From an uncultured delta proteobacterium (GTDB lineage Bacteria; Myxococcota; Myxococcia; Myxococcales; Anaeromyxobacteraceae): a stretch of DNA of 64,000 nucleotides. The notes beneath the pieces are model-generated. The model had not been told where the DNA came from. It ran no database searches and saw nothing but the letters and a program-made list of their open reading frames with translations. The translations under genes and the position numbers were made by a program. Positions 20,525-31,708 of the stretch are shown here, piece by piece. The stretch lies in NCBI GenBank assembly GCA_963814585.1, contig CAWFDF010000003.1, positions 96,001-160,000 on the forward strand, written 5' to 3'. Numbering within the stretch: position 1 is the first letter of the stretch; each line of letters starts with the position of its first letter.

Positions 20525-21328
20525 ATGCCTCGCAAGGCCGTCCGCGTCTCCATCCTCCTCGTCCTGCTGGCGGTCACCGCCATGTGGGCGTCGGGCCGGC
20601 ACGCGGCGCGCCGGACCCGCACCGCCTGGGATCGGCCGGTCTCGGTCGCGGTGCTGGTCCTCGGCGAGTCCTCCCCCGCCGCCATGGCCAGGCTGCGGGT
20701 CACGCTCGACGCCCTGGCCCGCCGCCTGGCCGACGTGCGCGCCGGCTACGCCCCGGGCGGTGCGGGCGAGACCTTCATCGTGGAGCTGGTCGGCCCGCTC
20801 CAGGTCGATCGGCCGCCGCCGTTCGCGCCGCCAGGCCCGGGACCGCTCGACCGGGTCCTCCACGCCTTCGATCTCTGGCGCGGCGCGCGGACGGCCCACG
20901 CCGCCGCGCCCGGGTTCGTCCCCGGCGCCTGGGACGTCCGGGTCTACGTGGTGGCCGTCCCGCCGGACCAGGACGCCCCGCGCTTCGCCGAGGGGATTGG
21001 GGAGCAGGGCGGCGAGGTGGGCGTGGTGCGGGCCCGCTTCGACGAGCGCGGCGCGACGCTGGCCGCCGCCGCCATCTTCCACGAGGCCTTCCACTGCCTG
21101 GGGGCCAGCGACAAGTACGACGTGAGTGGCCGCGCCGTGGTCCCCGCCGGGCTGGTCGAGCCCGGCCTCGAGCCGCGCTACCCCCAGCGGCTGGCCGAGC
21201 TGATGGTGGGGGAGGTGCCGCTCGGCCCGGGCGCCGGGCGCCTGCCGGTGGGCGTCGCCGAGATCGGGATCGGGCCGGTGACGGCGGCCGAGGTGGGCTG
21301 GCGGCCGCCGCCGGCCGCGCCACCCTGA
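20525..21328 (+). CDS. Exported hypothetical protein with zincin-like HExxH motif
   Basis: N-terminal TM/signal; HEAFHCLGASDKYD followed by AELM (possible Met-turn). Confidence 0.7.
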   Translation: MPRKAVRVSILLVLLAVTAMWASGRHAARRTRTAWDRPVSVAVLVLGESSPAAMARLRVTLDALARRLADVRAGYAPGGAGETFIVELVGPLQVDRPPPFAPPGPGPLDRVLHAFDLWRGARTAHAAAPGFVPGAWDVRVYVVAVPPDQDAPRFAEGIGEQGGEVGVVRARFDERGATLAAAAIFHEAFHCLGASDKYDVSGRAVVPAGLVEPGLEPRYPQRLAELMVGEVPLGPGAGRLPVGVAEIGIGPVTAAEVGWRPPPAAPP

Positions 21329-21438
21329 TGGCGCCGCTCCCGGGTGCCTCGCCCCAGGCCCGATCCCCGCCGCGGCGCAGGCTGCCTGGCGGCGACGGGC
21401 TCGGTCCAGGCGAGGGGTGCCGTGACTCCTCGTGAAGC

Positions 21439-22623
21439 TCAGCGGGGAGGCGCTGGTGGGTGCGCCGCGATGGCCCCGATGGCCTCGCGCGCCAGGTCGC
21501 CCGCGCCGCAGCGCCCGTCGCCCGCCACCGCCCGCTTGAGCCGCTCGACGGCCCCCACCGGCTCCGGCGCCGGCGGCTCGGCCCGGGCGATGGCGTCCAG
21601 CTGTCCGAGCGCGTCGCGCGACCGGCTCTCGCCCAGCGCTCGCGCCGCCAGCCGACGCCTGACGCACTCCGGCGAGCGCCCCTGGCTCGCCAGCGCCGAG
21701 AGCGCCGCCCGGTTGCCGGCCGCCACCGCGCGGCTCCAGTCCTGGAAGGCCGCCCGCGGTGCTCCGCCCAGGCCAGCGTCGGCGCGCGCCAGCTCCAGGA
21801 GCCCCCGCAGGTAGAGCACCTCGCCGTCACCGGCCCCGCGCCTCGCGGTGAGCAGGTCGAGCTCCTCCCGCGCCTGCTGGTAGCGCCCCAGCCGGGTCCA
21901 GCGCTCCACCGGCGCCAGCGAGAGCCACCAGCCCACCGCGCCGGCCAGCCCCAGCGCCACGAAGGCGACCGCCCCCCGGCCCCCGCTCCCCGGCACGGCC
22001 GGGCGGCGCCGCGGCCGCGCGCGCAGCAGCTTCTCGGGCACGGGCGGTGCCAGCCCCGAGACCAGCCCGAGGCCGATGCCGGCGTAGGGGGGATCGCCCG
22101 GCGCCGGCGAGGCGGCCCGCGCCACCCGGAAGAGCCGCACCTCGTCCTTCAATCCCGGCAGCGCGCGCCAGCCCATCTCCTCGACGGGGACGCGCGCGCG
22201 GTCGAGCATCCAGTAGATCGACTCGGAGAACCAGACCTCGCCCGACTCGGCCTCGCCCTCGATGCGAGAGGCCAGGTTGACCGCCTCCCCGAAGACGTCG
22301 CCGCCGGCCAGCCGCACCTCCCCGGCCGCCAGGGCGATGCGCACCTCGATCCGCTCGCTCTCCACCACGCGCCGGGCGTGGTCGGCGAGCCGATCCTGGA
22401 TGGCCACGGCGCAGAGCAGCGCCTCGGTGGGCGCGGCGAAGACCACCAGGTAGGCGTCGCCGATGGTCTTGACCCGCTGGCCGCCGAAGGCGGCGATCAC
22501 CGGCGAGAGGAGCGCCTCGTGCAGGCGGATCATGCGGGCGTTCTCCTCCCGGGTCTGCCGGCTGGTGGCGGCGGTGAACCCCTTCATGTCGGTGAGCATC
22601 ACCACCCGGCTCTCGGTCCGCAT
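21439..22623 (-). CDS. Class III adenylate/guanylate cyclase with TM segment and helical C-terminal domain
   Basis: MLTDMKGFT, VKTIGDAYL, DVFGEAVNLASRIE; K and D specificity residues point to ATP. Confidence 0.88.
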   Translation of the reverse strand: MRTESRVVMLTDMKGFTAATSRQTREENARMIRLHEALLSPVIAAFGGQRVKTIGDAYLVVFAAPTEALLCAVAIQDRLADHARRVVESERIEVRIALAAGEVRLAGGDVFGEAVNLASRIEGEAESGEVWFSESIYWMLDRARVPVEEMGWRALPGLKDEVRLFRVARAASPAPGDPPYAGIGLGLVSGLAPPVPEKLLRARPRRRPAVPGSGGRGAVAFVALGLAGAVGWWLSLAPVERWTRLGRYQQAREELDLLTARRGAGDGEVLYLRGLLELARADAGLGGAPRAAFQDWSRAVAAGNRAALSALASQGRSPECVRRRLAARALGESRSRDALGQLDAIARAEPPAPEPVGAVERLKRAVAGDGRCGAGDLAREAIGAIAAHPPAPPR

Positions 22624-22632
22624 GGTGGCCGT

Positions 22633-24606
22633 TCACCCCTCTCCCGCGGCCCGGGGGGCATCCGCCTCGGGTGCCACCTCCACGGTGACCTCGGTCCCAG
22701 GGACGGCGGGCGGCGCCGGACGCGGCCGGGCCCGCAGCGGCCGGGCCAGCGACGTCCTGGCCACCGTCCAGCGGCGCCGGATCCAGCCGCGCGCCCCGGC
22801 CACGCCGCCCCGCGCCCGCCTGGCCCACGGGGCCTCCCTCCCCAGCCCCCAGATCCGCCCCAGCGTGGCCAGCAGCACGGTCGCGCCGATCGTGACCAGC
22901 CACGCCACGGCCAGCAGGGCCAGGGAGAGGAGCGCCCAGGCCACCCGCGGCCCGGCGCGCCAGCGCCGCTCGCCCCCCGACTCCAGCGAGGCCAGGGCGT
23001 CGGTGATCGGCTCCAGCAGCCTCGACACGCCACCGTCGAGCGGCACCCGATCGGCCTCGCGACCGCCGAAGGGGAGCGTCCCGCCCGACGGCCGGACCCG
23101 GTAGAGGGCCAGCGGCTCGCCGTCCGGCAGGGCGATGGAGGCCGCCACCGGCTCGAGCGGCACCTCGGTCTGGTTCATGGTGAGCACGACGGCGCGGGTC
23201 AGCCAGATGGCCCCCGCCGGTGTCCGCTGCCGGATCGCCTCGGCCAGCGCCACCGGGGTCGCTCGCGGCGCCACCCGCCCGCCCGGCAGCTCGCCGGCGT
23301 GGAGCGAGAGCCGAAGCGCCAGCCGGTCGGCGCCGGCGGCGGCGGTGTTCCAGGCCGCCACCCGGTCCTGGATGGCCATGGCGCAGAGCACGGCGTTGGT
23401 CGGGGAGGCGAAGTCGGCGACCAGCGCCTCGCCGGACACCAGCGCGCGGCGGCCCTCGAAGGCGTGCAGCGCCGGGATCACCAGCCGGTCGTGCGCCAGC
23501 AGCAGCCGCGCCCGCTCCTCCACCGGCAGCGCCGCGGCCCGCCCCTCCCAGCCGTCGATCTCGGTCGCCAGCAGGGTCAGGGTCCGGGACCGCGCCAGCC
23601 CCGAGGTGACCGGCCCGAAGAGGCTGCTCACCGGCCGTGAACCGAACCGCCTCCGGGGCCCGGTGAAGGGCTCGACGTCGCGGGGCGTGGTCCGGCCCCC
23701 CTCCCGCCCGTCGAGGATGGAGAGGAGCTCGGCGGCCGACTGGGCGCGGCCGGCCCGATCCTTCACCGTGGCGCGCGCCACGAAGCGGAGCAGCGCCGGG
23801 TGGGCGGCCAGCTCCGGCACCTCGCGCTCCGGAGACGGCACCGGGTCGTAGGCCTGGGACCGGAGCAGCGCCCGGGTGTCGGCCGAGGGGAACGGGTGCC
23901 GGCCGGTGAGCAGCACCCAGGCGATGAGCCCGGCGCTGTAGAGATCGGCGCGGTGGTCGAGGTCGCCGCCCACCGCCTGCTCCGGCGAGAGGTACTCCGG
24001 GGTCCCCACCACCAGCCCGGCCTGCGTCGTGGCCGTGCCCGGCGCCCCGCCGGACTGCTTGGCGATGCCGAAGTCGAGGATGGCGAGCCGCTCCCGCCCC
24101 TCCTCCGGCACCAGCCAGAGGTTGTCCGGCTTGAGGTCGCGGTGGATGATCCCCGCGGCGTGCGCCGCCGAGAGGCCGCGCAGCAGCTGGCGCATCAGGT
24201 CGGCGACCAGCGCCGGCGGCAGGGCCCCCTCCCGCGCCAGCCGGTCGCGCAGCGACTCGCCCTGGAGGAGCTCCATCACCAGGAAGAGCTCGCCGCTGGC
24301 GGCCTGCCCGAAGTCGAGCATGTCCACCACGTGGGGCGACGAGACCTGCACCGCCGTCCGCGCCTCGCGCTGGAACCGCTCCACCTCCAGCGGGCTGGCG
24401 GCGAAGCGCGGGTGGAGCACCTTGACCGCCACCTTGCGGCCGATGCGGATCGCCTCGGCCTCGTAGACCGAGCCCATCCCGCCCTCGGCGATGAGCCGGG
24501 AGATGCGGTAGCGGCCGTCGAGCAGCTCCCCGGGCGCCAGCGGTGCGGCCGGCAGGAGCTCCTCCGGCACCAGATCGTCGTCGGTGAGCGAGAGGGTCTT
24601 GATCAT
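22633..24606 (-). CDS. Ser/Thr protein kinase fused to a degenerate class III cyclase domain
   Basis: GGMGSVY, VAVKVL, HRDLKPDN, DFG, GTPEYLSPE; then LLATEIDGW...SGEALVADF...LRLSLHAGE; C-terminal TM segment. Confidence 0.88.
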   Translation of the reverse strand: MIKTLSLTDDDLVPEELLPAAPLAPGELLDGRYRISRLIAEGGMGSVYEAEAIRIGRKVAVKVLHPRFAASPLEVERFQREARTAVQVSSPHVVDMLDFGQAASGELFLVMELLQGESLRDRLAREGALPPALVADLMRQLLRGLSAAHAAGIIHRDLKPDNLWLVPEEGRERLAILDFGIAKQSGGAPGTATTQAGLVVGTPEYLSPEQAVGGDLDHRADLYSAGLIAWVLLTGRHPFPSADTRALLRSQAYDPVPSPEREVPELAAHPALLRFVARATVKDRAGRAQSAAELLSILDGREGGRTTPRDVEPFTGPRRRFGSRPVSSLFGPVTSGLARSRTLTLLATEIDGWEGRAAALPVEERARLLLAHDRLVIPALHAFEGRRALVSGEALVADFASPTNAVLCAMAIQDRVAAWNTAAAGADRLALRLSLHAGELPGGRVAPRATPVALAEAIRQRTPAGAIWLTRAVVLTMNQTEVPLEPVAASIALPDGEPLALYRVRPSGGTLPFGGREADRVPLDGGVSRLLEPITDALASLESGGERRWRAGPRVAWALLSLALLAVAWLVTIGATVLLATLGRIWGLGREAPWARRARGGVAGARGWIRRRWTVARTSLARPLRARPRPAPPAVPGTEVTVEVAPEADAPRAAGEG

Positions 24607-24617
24607 GCCACGGCCCG

Positions 24618-25232
24618 TCAGCCGATGAACTCGACCCGCCCCGACTCGAGGTCGTACTCGGCGCCGATCACCATCATCCCGTCGCGGGTCACCAGCCGCT
24701 CGATGGCCGGCGTGCCGTGGCGCAGGTGCTGGACCGCCATCTGCACGTTGATGCGGGTGGCCAGGCGGGCCACCGCCTCGCGATCGCCACCGGTGAGGCG
24801 GGCCGCCTCGACCGCCGGCCGGACCCGCTCCACGATCGACATGACGTTGTCCGAGGCCGGCGGCGATCCCATCTCCACCGCCTCCAGCGTGGCGTCGATG
24901 GCGCCGCACTGGGTGTGCCCCATCACCACCACCAGCCGGCAGCCGAACCGCTCGGCGGCGAACTCCACCGAGCCCACCTGCGAGGGCGAGACCACGTTGC
25001 CGGCCACCCGGATGACGAAGAGCTCGCCCAGCCCCTGCTCGAAGACCAGCTCGGCCGGCGCTCGCGAGTCGGAGCAGCCCAGCACGATGGCGAACGGCGC
25101 CTGGGTCCTCTTCAGCGCCGCCCGGTCCAGCTGCCTCGCCAGCGAGTCGATCGAGATGACGTTGGAGGCGAAGCGGGCGTTCCCGGCCCGGAGCCGGTCG
25201 AGCGCCTCCAGGGCCGACAGGTTGGTGGGCAT
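24618..25232 (-). CDS. Beta-class carbonic anhydrase
   Basis: GCSDSR, RVAGN, GHTQCGA zinc-ligand motifs. Confidence 0.93.
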   Translation of the reverse strand: MPTNLSALEALDRLRAGNARFASNVISIDSLARQLDRAALKRTQAPFAIVLGCSDSRAPAELVFEQGLGELFVIRVAGNVVSPSQVGSVEFAAERFGCRLVVVMGHTQCGAIDATLEAVEMGSPPASDNVMSIVERVRPAVEAARLTGGDREAVARLATRINVQMAVQHLRHGTPAIERLVTRDGMMVIGAEYDLESGRVEFIG

Positions 25233-25265
25233 GATGGCCAGTAGTGCCCGGGCCGGCGGGGCCGG

Positions 25266-27905
25266 TCAAGGCGCGGCGGAGGCCGCCAGGAAGGCGGAGA
25301 TGGCCCCCCGCTGGCGGGACCGCGCGGCGGCGCAGGCGTCGGCCTCCTCCAGCGCCGAGGCCAGCGCCTGCGGGGCCCCGTCGAACGGCACGGCGCGCGG
25401 CCCGAGGAACCTCGCCACCTCGGCTCGCCTCCCCGGCTCGCAGGCGACCGAGGCGGCCGTGGTGATGAGCCAGGTCCCCTCGTCGGACCTCAGCCTGGGC
25501 TGGAGCTCGGCCCAGCGCTCGACGAGGAAGCTCCAGGCCAGCCGGCGGGTGGCGCGTCCGGTGAGCGAGCGGTCGAGGATGGGCGCGGTGTCGCGCAGGT
25601 CGGCGCCGGGCGCGAGCACCTGCGCCAGGGCCGCCCTCGCCAGGGCCGGGTCCTCGAAGCCCCCCAGGGTGGCGAGCAGTCGCCCCCGCTCGGTCCGATT
25701 GGCGGTCCGGGCGGCCTCGGCCACGATGCGGTCGAAGAGCACCCGGTCGCCGCGGCGCGCCGCCACCTGGAGCGCCGGCCAGGCCACCTCGGCCGGCACC
25801 TGCCGGCGGTCGGCGAGCCAGCGCCCCGCCAGCGCCAGGGCCTCGCCGGCCAGCACCGACTCCTCGCCCGGCCCGGCCACCAGCGGGAGCAGCCGGCGCC
25901 GCAGGGCACGGCGCTCGTCGTCGTCGTCCGGTCGCGGCAGCCAGCCCAGCGTCCGGGCCCGCTCTCCCCAGGTGCGCCGGACGAAGGTGCGCCAGCGGGC
26001 CAGGTCGGCGTCGCCGAGCCAGGCCGGCTCCATCACCCCCGCCAGCTGGATCGAGCCCTCCACCAGCAGCCGGTCCGGCTCCAGCGCCAGCGGCGCCACC
26101 AGCCCGAGCGCATCGGCCACGGGCAGGTCGCCGCGCCGGGCCAGCAGCTCCGCGTCGGTGGTGAGCGCCAGCTTCTCGGCCGTGGTGAGGTGGGGCAGCA
26201 GCCGCGACGGCTCGGAGGGGGCCAGCGCCGAGAGGTGGTAGCCGGTGCCGCCGGCGTTGGGCCAGAGCCACTCCGGACAGAAGGGGAGCGCCAGCTCGCC
26301 GCGCGGATCGCCGGCCAGCCCGCAGATGGTGGCCTCCCGGTCGCCGGCCCCGGCCCGCAGGCAGACCGGCACCGTCCAGCGGCTGGCCCGGTCGCGCGAC
26401 CCGGTGGCGAGGAACCGCTCCTGCGTGAGGTCCACGGTGGCGCCCGAGCCGGTGCACCGGGCGCTGGCCCGCAGGAGCGGGACGCCGGGCTGGTCGAGGA
26501 AACCCACGAAGGAGGCCGCCACCGCCGGCCCGGCCGCCGCCGAGAGCGCCGCCAGGAAGTCCTCGCCGGTGGCCACCCCGTGGGCCCGGGCGTCGAGGTG
26601 GGAGCGGACCACGGCTCGCCAGCGCTCCCGGCCGAGGAACTCCTGGTACATGGTGAGCACCGCCGAGCCCTTGGCGTAGGTGATGCCGCCGTCGAAGGCG
26701 CCCTCGACGTCGTGGCGCGAGGCCACCGGCTGGCGCAGCCGCCTGGCCGAGGGGAGGACGTCGGCCTCCAGCCCCTGCGCCCGCCGCGACCAGCGCCCGC
26801 TCACCAGCGTCCGCCAGGCCGGCTCGAGCCGCTCGGTGACGTTGGCGTCCTCCCAGGTGGCGAACGCCTCGTTGAGCCAGAGGTCGTCCCACCAGGCCGG
26901 GGTGACGAGGTCCCCGTACCAGTGGTGGGCCAGCTCGTGGCCGGCGATGCTGGCGTAGGCCTCGCGCCGCTCGCGCGTCTCCTCGCCGGGCGGGATCAGG
27001 GCGAGCGGCTGGCCGAGGGCCACCAGCCCGGGGTGCTCCATGGTCCCCCAGGAGCGAGGCACCACCGCCACGTCGCACTTCTCGTAGGGGTAGGGGCGGC
27101 CGATCTCGGCCTCCAGGGCGTCGAGGAGGCGCGGCGTCGCCTCGACGGCGTGGCGGGTCTCGCCCCCGCGTCCCTTCGGCACCGCGAAGCGGATGGGCAC
27201 CCGGCCAGCCCCGCCCACGCCGCCGTCGACGAGGTCGAACGGCCCGACCACGAAGGCCACCAGGTAGGAGGGCAGCGGCCGGGTCTCCTCGAAGTCGATC
27301 CGCCGCAGCCCCCCCTCGTCGGTCTCGGCGCGGACGGCGCCGTTGGCCAGGGCCAGGTCGCCCGGCTTCACCCGGAGCGTGAGGCGCCAGGGGATCTTGG
27401 AGGAGGGCTCGTCGAAGCAGGGGAAGGCGCGGCGAGCGTCGGTGGGCTCGAAGAAGGTGTAGGCGTACCAGCGGTCCCCCTCCGAGACGGCGTAGAGGCC
27501 GCGCGAGAGGATCCGGTCGAAGGCGCCGGAGAAGGCCACCACCACCTCGGTCTCGCCGGCCGGCGCCGGCGCGCCGGGGGCCAGCCCGAGGAAGCCACCC
27601 GGCGCGGTGAGCCGCCTCGCCGGCCGCCCGCCCACGGTGGCGCTCGAGATCTCCAGCCCCTCGGCGTGGAGCCAGATGACGGCGCCGGGAGCGGTGAGCG
27701 TCACCTGGTAGCGCACCGTGCCGCGGTAGCGCTCCGCGGCCGGATCGACCGTCAGATCGAGGGCGCCGCGCGTGGGGCGAGCCGTGGTGGGCAGCCGCAG
27801 CGTGGGCGGGGCGGCGGCGGGTCGGCGCGCGGAAGGCGCCGCGGTGGGCGCGGCAGTGGGCGCGGCGGCGGCGACCAGCGCCGCCACGAGGAAGGCCAGG
27901 ATCAT
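25266..27905 (-). CDS. Exported M1 family aminopeptidase with ERAP1-like C-terminal domain
   Basis: Signal peptide; [29 protein letters not shown]...WLNEAFA, YAKG. Confidence 0.92.
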   Translation of the reverse strand: MILAFLVAALVAAAAPTAAPTAAPSARRPAAAPPTLRLPTTARPTRGALDLTVDPAAERYRGTVRYQVTLTAPGAVIWLHAEGLEISSATVGGRPARRLTAPGGFLGLAPGAPAPAGETEVVVAFSGAFDRILSRGLYAVSEGDRWYAYTFFEPTDARRAFPCFDEPSSKIPWRLTLRVKPGDLALANGAVRAETDEGGLRRIDFEETRPLPSYLVAFVVGPFDLVDGGVGGAGRVPIRFAVPKGRGGETRHAVEATPRLLDALEAEIGRPYPYEKCDVAVVPRSWGTMEHPGLVALGQPLALIPPGEETRERREAYASIAGHELAHHWYGDLVTPAWWDDLWLNEAFATWEDANVTERLEPAWRTLVSGRWSRRAQGLEADVLPSARRLRQPVASRHDVEGAFDGGITYAKGSAVLTMYQEFLGRERWRAVVRSHLDARAHGVATGEDFLAALSAAAGPAVAASFVGFLDQPGVPLLRASARCTGSGATVDLTQERFLATGSRDRASRWTVPVCLRAGAGDREATICGLAGDPRGELALPFCPEWLWPNAGGTGYHLSALAPSEPSRLLPHLTTAEKLALTTDAELLARRGDLPVADALGLVAPLALEPDRLLVEGSIQLAGVMEPAWLGDADLARWRTFVRRTWGERARTLGWLPRPDDDDERRALRRRLLPLVAGPGEESVLAGEALALAGRWLADRRQVPAEVAWPALQVAARRGDRVLFDRIVAEAARTANRTERGRLLATLGGFEDPALARAALAQVLAPGADLRDTAPILDRSLTGRATRRLAWSFLVERWAELQPRLRSDEGTWLITTAASVACEPGRRAEVARFLGPRAVPFDGAPQALASALEEADACAAARSRQRGAISAFLAASAAP

Positions 27906-27911
27906 CCGGCC

Positions 27912-28322
27912 CTATGGGCGAGCCGGGGACTTCATGGACTCGACGAAGTGCAGGTCCATCCCCTTGATGTGGGCGTGGAGCCAGTCCTCGAGCCAGGCGA
28001 CCGTCTCGCGCAGGTCGATGCCCGGATCGGCGTCGAAGCGGGCGCGCAGCGCGGCCAGCCGCTCGAGGAGCTTGCGGTGCTCCTCCACGTGCGCCCCGTA
28101 CTGCTCGTAGGCGTCGAGCCGCATCAGCAGCTCCTCGCTCAGGAAGTGGACCTTGGAGGTGTCCTCGATGCGCCGCAGGAGCTCGTCGACCACGGCCCGG
28201 CCGCGGCCGGTCTCGACCGCGTCCCGCAGCACCGCCAGCAGCCGGCCCTGGAGCTGATGCTCCGAGTCGATGGTCCCGACGCCGAGCTCCATCTCCTTCT
28301 CCCACGCGCTCTTGGGCTCCAT
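27912..28322 (-). CDS. Bacteriohemerythrin
   Basis: GGAGG SD; W...GVGTIDSEH, HFLSEELLM, HVEEH, HIKGMD iron ligands. Confidence 0.9.
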   Translation of the reverse strand: MEPKSAWEKEMELGVGTIDSEHQLQGRLLAVLRDAVETGRGRAVVDELLRRIEDTSKVHFLSEELLMRLDAYEQYGAHVEEHRKLLERLAALRARFDADPGIDLRETVAWLEDWLHAHIKGMDLHFVESMKSPARP

Positions 28323-28515
28323 GCCGTCCTCCCGGATCGGCGCCCAGTGTACGACGGCCGCCGGACCGCAAGCCACCGGGGATCGCGGCGGGCCGGGCGC
28401 CGGCGGCTCCCGCCCGGCCCCGGCTCACGGGGTGCGGCGCGGGCCGTGCCATACTCCCGGCCCGCCCCGGCGATCGGTGGCGGGCCCCGGTCTCCGGCCG
28501 GGAGGAGGAGCGAGC

Positions 28516-29049
28516 GTGGCACGCGTCAGCGTCATCGGCATCGGCAACGTCCTCGAGGGCGACGACGCCATCGGCCCGACCGTGGTGCGGGTCTTCGAGG
28601 CGCGCTACGCGGTCGCCGAGGACGTCTCGATCATCGACGGCGGCACGCCCGGCCTCGACCTCACCGCCTACATGATGGGGCTGGAGGGGCTGGTGGTGGT
28701 CGACGCCATCAAGACCAGGACCGGCGGCGCCGGCGACGTGAAGGTCTACGACAAGCAGGGGATCCTCAACCGCGGTCCCATGGTGGCCCTGAGCCCCCAC
28801 GAGCCGGGGCTGAGGGAGTCGATCCTCCACGCCGAGTTCCAGGGGGTCTCGCCCCCGGCCATCAGCCTGGTCGGCGTGGTGGCCGGCTCGATCGAGTTCG
28901 GCTGCCGGCTCACCCCCGAGGTCCGCGGCGCCATCGACGGCGCCGTCGAGGCGGTCCGCGTCGCGCTGGCGGGCATGGGGGTGCCCGCGGTGAGGCGCGA
29001 CCCGCCGCTCCCGCCCGACCTCTGGTGGGAGAAGCCGCAGCACCCGTGA
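28516..29049 (+). CDS. Hydrogenase maturation protease (HyaD/HybD family)
   Basis: GTG after GGAGGAG; VIGIGNVLEGDDAIG, IDGGTPG, VVVDAI, SPHEPG. Confidence 0.9.
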   Translation: MARVSVIGIGNVLEGDDAIGPTVVRVFEARYAVAEDVSIIDGGTPGLDLTAYMMGLEGLVVVDAIKTRTGGAGDVKVYDKQGILNRGPMVALSPHEPGLRESILHAEFQGVSPPAISLVGVVAGSIEFGCRLTPEVRGAIDGAVEAVRVALAGMGVPAVRRDPPLPPDLWWEKPQHP

Positions 29050-31393
29050 GCCCCGCGGCCGCAGCCGGCGGGGCGCCGCCGCGTTCCGGCGCCGGCCCCG
29101 TCGCCGGGCGCCGCCTCGCCGTCTCCGGCACCGTGCAGGGCGTCGGCTTCCGCCCCTTCGTCTTCCGCGCCGCCGAGCCGCTCGGGCTCACCGGCCGGGT
29201 CTGGAACGACGGCGACGGCGTCACCGTCGAGGCCTTCGGCCCCCCGGCTCGGCTCGACGAGCTGGCGCGCCGGCTCCGCGAGGAGGCGCCGCCCTCGGCA
29301 CGCGGTCGAGCGGCTCGAGGTCGCCACCCTCCCCGGCCTGCCGCCCGCCACCTTCGAGATCGCCCCCAGCGTGGCCGGCGGCGCCGCCGCGGGTGGCCAT
29401 CGGCGCCGACCTGGCCACCTGCGCGGCCTGCCTGGCCGAGCTGGCCGACCCGGCCGACCGGCGCCACCGCTACCCGTTCACCAACTGCACCGACTGCGGG
29501 CCGCGCTTCACCATCGCGCTGGGCGATCCCCTACGACCGGCCCGCCACCACCATGGCCGGCTTCACCATGTGCGCGGCCTGCGCGGCCGAGTACCACGAC
29601 CCGCGCGACCGGCGCTACCACGCCCAGCCCAACGCCTGCCCGGCCTGCGGGCCGCGCCTGGCGCTGCTGGACGCGCCGGGGCGCCCGCTGGCCGGCGACC
29701 CGCTCGCGCTGGCGGCGGCGGCGCTGCGCGCAGGGCCGGCTGCTGGCCGTCAAGGGGCTGGGCGGCTTCCACCTCTGCTGCGACGCCACCTCGCCCGGAG
29801 GCGGTGGCGCGAGCTGCGGCGGCGCAAGCGCCGCGACGAGAAGCCGCTGGCCGTGATGGTGGCCGACCTCGACGCGGCGGCGGCGCTGGCGGAGCTCGGG
29901 CCCGCCGAGGCGGACCCTGCTCGGCTCGGTGGAGCGCCCCATCGTCCTCTGCCGCCGGCGCCCGGGCGCGGCGCTGGCCGCCGGGCTGGCGCCCGGCAAC
30001 CCGCGGCTCGGCCTGCATGCTCCCCTACACGCCGCTCCACCACCTGCTGCTCGCCGAGGCCGGGCGCGCCGCTGGTGATGACCAGCGGCAACCTCTCCGA
30101 GGAGCCCATCGCCTTCGACGGACGCAGGAGGCCCTGGCCCGGCTCGGCGCGGTGGCCGACCTCTTCCTCATCCACGACCGGCCCATCGCCTCGCGCTGCG
30201 ACGACTCGGTGGCGCGGGTGGTGGCGGGGCGGCCGCTGGTGCTGCGCCGCTCGCGCGGCTGGGTGCCGCGGCCGGTGCGGGTGCGGCGCCGCTTCGCCCG
30301 CCCCACGCTGGGCGTCGGGGCGCAGCTCAAGAACGCCTGCTGCCTCGGGCGCGGCGACGAGGCGACGCTCGGGCCGCACGTCGGCGACCTCGACAACCTC
30401 GAGACCTACGCCGCCTTCGAGGCGGCGGTGGAGCGGCTGGAGACGCTTCCTCGAGCTCCGGCCCGAGGTGATCGGCTGCGACCTCCACCCGCTCTACCTC
30501 TCGACCCGCTACGCCCGGGAGCGGGCCGCCGCGCTGGGAGCCCGGCTGGTGGAGGTGCAGCACCACCACGCCCACGCCGCCTCGGCCATGGCCGAGCACG
30601 GGCTCGAGGGGCCGGTGCTGGCGCTCTGCTGGGACGGCACCGGGCTCGGCAGCGACGGCACCGCCTGGGGCGGCGAGCTGCTCCGCTGCTGGCCGGAGCG
30701 GTTCGAGCGGCTGGCCACCTTCCGCCCGCTGCCGCTCCCGGGCGGCGACCAGGCGGTCCGCGAGCCGTGGCGGGTGGCGCTGGCGGCGCTGCTCGACGCC
30801 TTCGACGGCGACGCCCCGCTCGACCTGCCGCTCTTCGCCGCCGTCGCCCGCCGCCGAGCTCGAGGTGGTGCGGCGCATGCTGGCCGGACGGTTCCACTCC
30901 CCGCCGGCCCACGGCGCGGGCCGGGCCTTCGACGCCGCCGCGGCGCTGGCGCTGGGCGCGCCCGGTGGCCCGCCACGAGGGGCAGCTGGCGCTGGCGCTC
31001 GACGGCGCGGCCGACGAGGCCGAGCCGGGGCGCTACCCGTTCGCGCTGGACCGATCGGGGCCGGTCACCCAGCTCGACCTGCGGCCGCTCTGGCGGGCGC
31101 TGGTGGCCGACCTGCGCTCCGGCGCCGGCGCCGGGGCTGGTCTCGGCCCGGTTCCACGCGGCGCTGGCGGCGGCGGGAGCCGAGCTGGTCGCGCCAGGCG
31201 GCCGCGCGGGACGGGCGGCTGCCGGTGGTCCTGACCGGCGGCTGCTTCCAGAACGACCGTTTGGCCGGAGCTGATCCGGGGAGAGCTTTCCGGCTCGTTC
31301 AGGGTATACCTCCACGGCCACGTCCCCCCCGGCGACGGTGGCCTGGCCCTCGGGCAGGCCCTGGTCGCCGACGCGGTGGCGCGCGGCGGGTGA
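29046..31393 (+). CDS. hypF: Carbamoyltransferase HypF, with many frameshifts as sequenced
   Basis: Across frames: GTVQGVGFRPFV (acylphosphatase), CAAC/CTDCGPRF/CAAC/CPACGP zinc fingers, KGLGGFHL, QHHHAH, DGTGLGSDGTAWGGE, GGCFQN, PPGDGGLALGQ. Confidence 0.9.
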
Positions 31394-31408
31394 AGAAGGG
31401 AGCAGGTC

Positions 31409-31705
31409 ATGTGTCTCGGCGTCCCCGGCAAGGTGCTGGCCATCGACGGCCTGGTGGCGACCGTCGACTTCTTCGGCGTCAGGAAGGAGCTGCGCCTCGA
31501 CATCGTCGACGAGCCGGTCACGGTCGGCGACTACGTGCTCAACCACGTCGGGTACGCCATCCGCCGCATCCCGCCCGACGAGGTGCAGGAGACGCTGGCC
31601 CTCTTCGAGCAGATCCTCGACGTCTCCGGCGCCCGCGAGGACCTGATGGCCGCCGACGTGCGCGGGGAGATCGCCGCCGGCGCCAGGGCCAAGGACCCGT
31701 CCTAG
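31409..31705 (+). CDS. hypC: Hydrogenase assembly chaperone HypC
   Basis: MCLGVPGKV...VGDYVLNHVGYAI. Confidence 0.95.
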   Translation: MCLGVPGKVLAIDGLVATVDFFGVRKELRLDIVDEPVTVGDYVLNHVGYAIRRIPPDEVQETLALFEQILDVSGAREDLMAADVRGEIAAGARAKDPS

Positions 31706-31708
31706 GAC

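Noticed and set aside
22633..31274. Giant ORFs 22633-29043 (-, 2136 aa) and 26190-31274 (+, 1694 aa)
   Set aside because: Mostly Arg/Gly/Ala/Pro-rich shadow frames of GC-rich genes. Only the kinase part and some hypF pieces are real.
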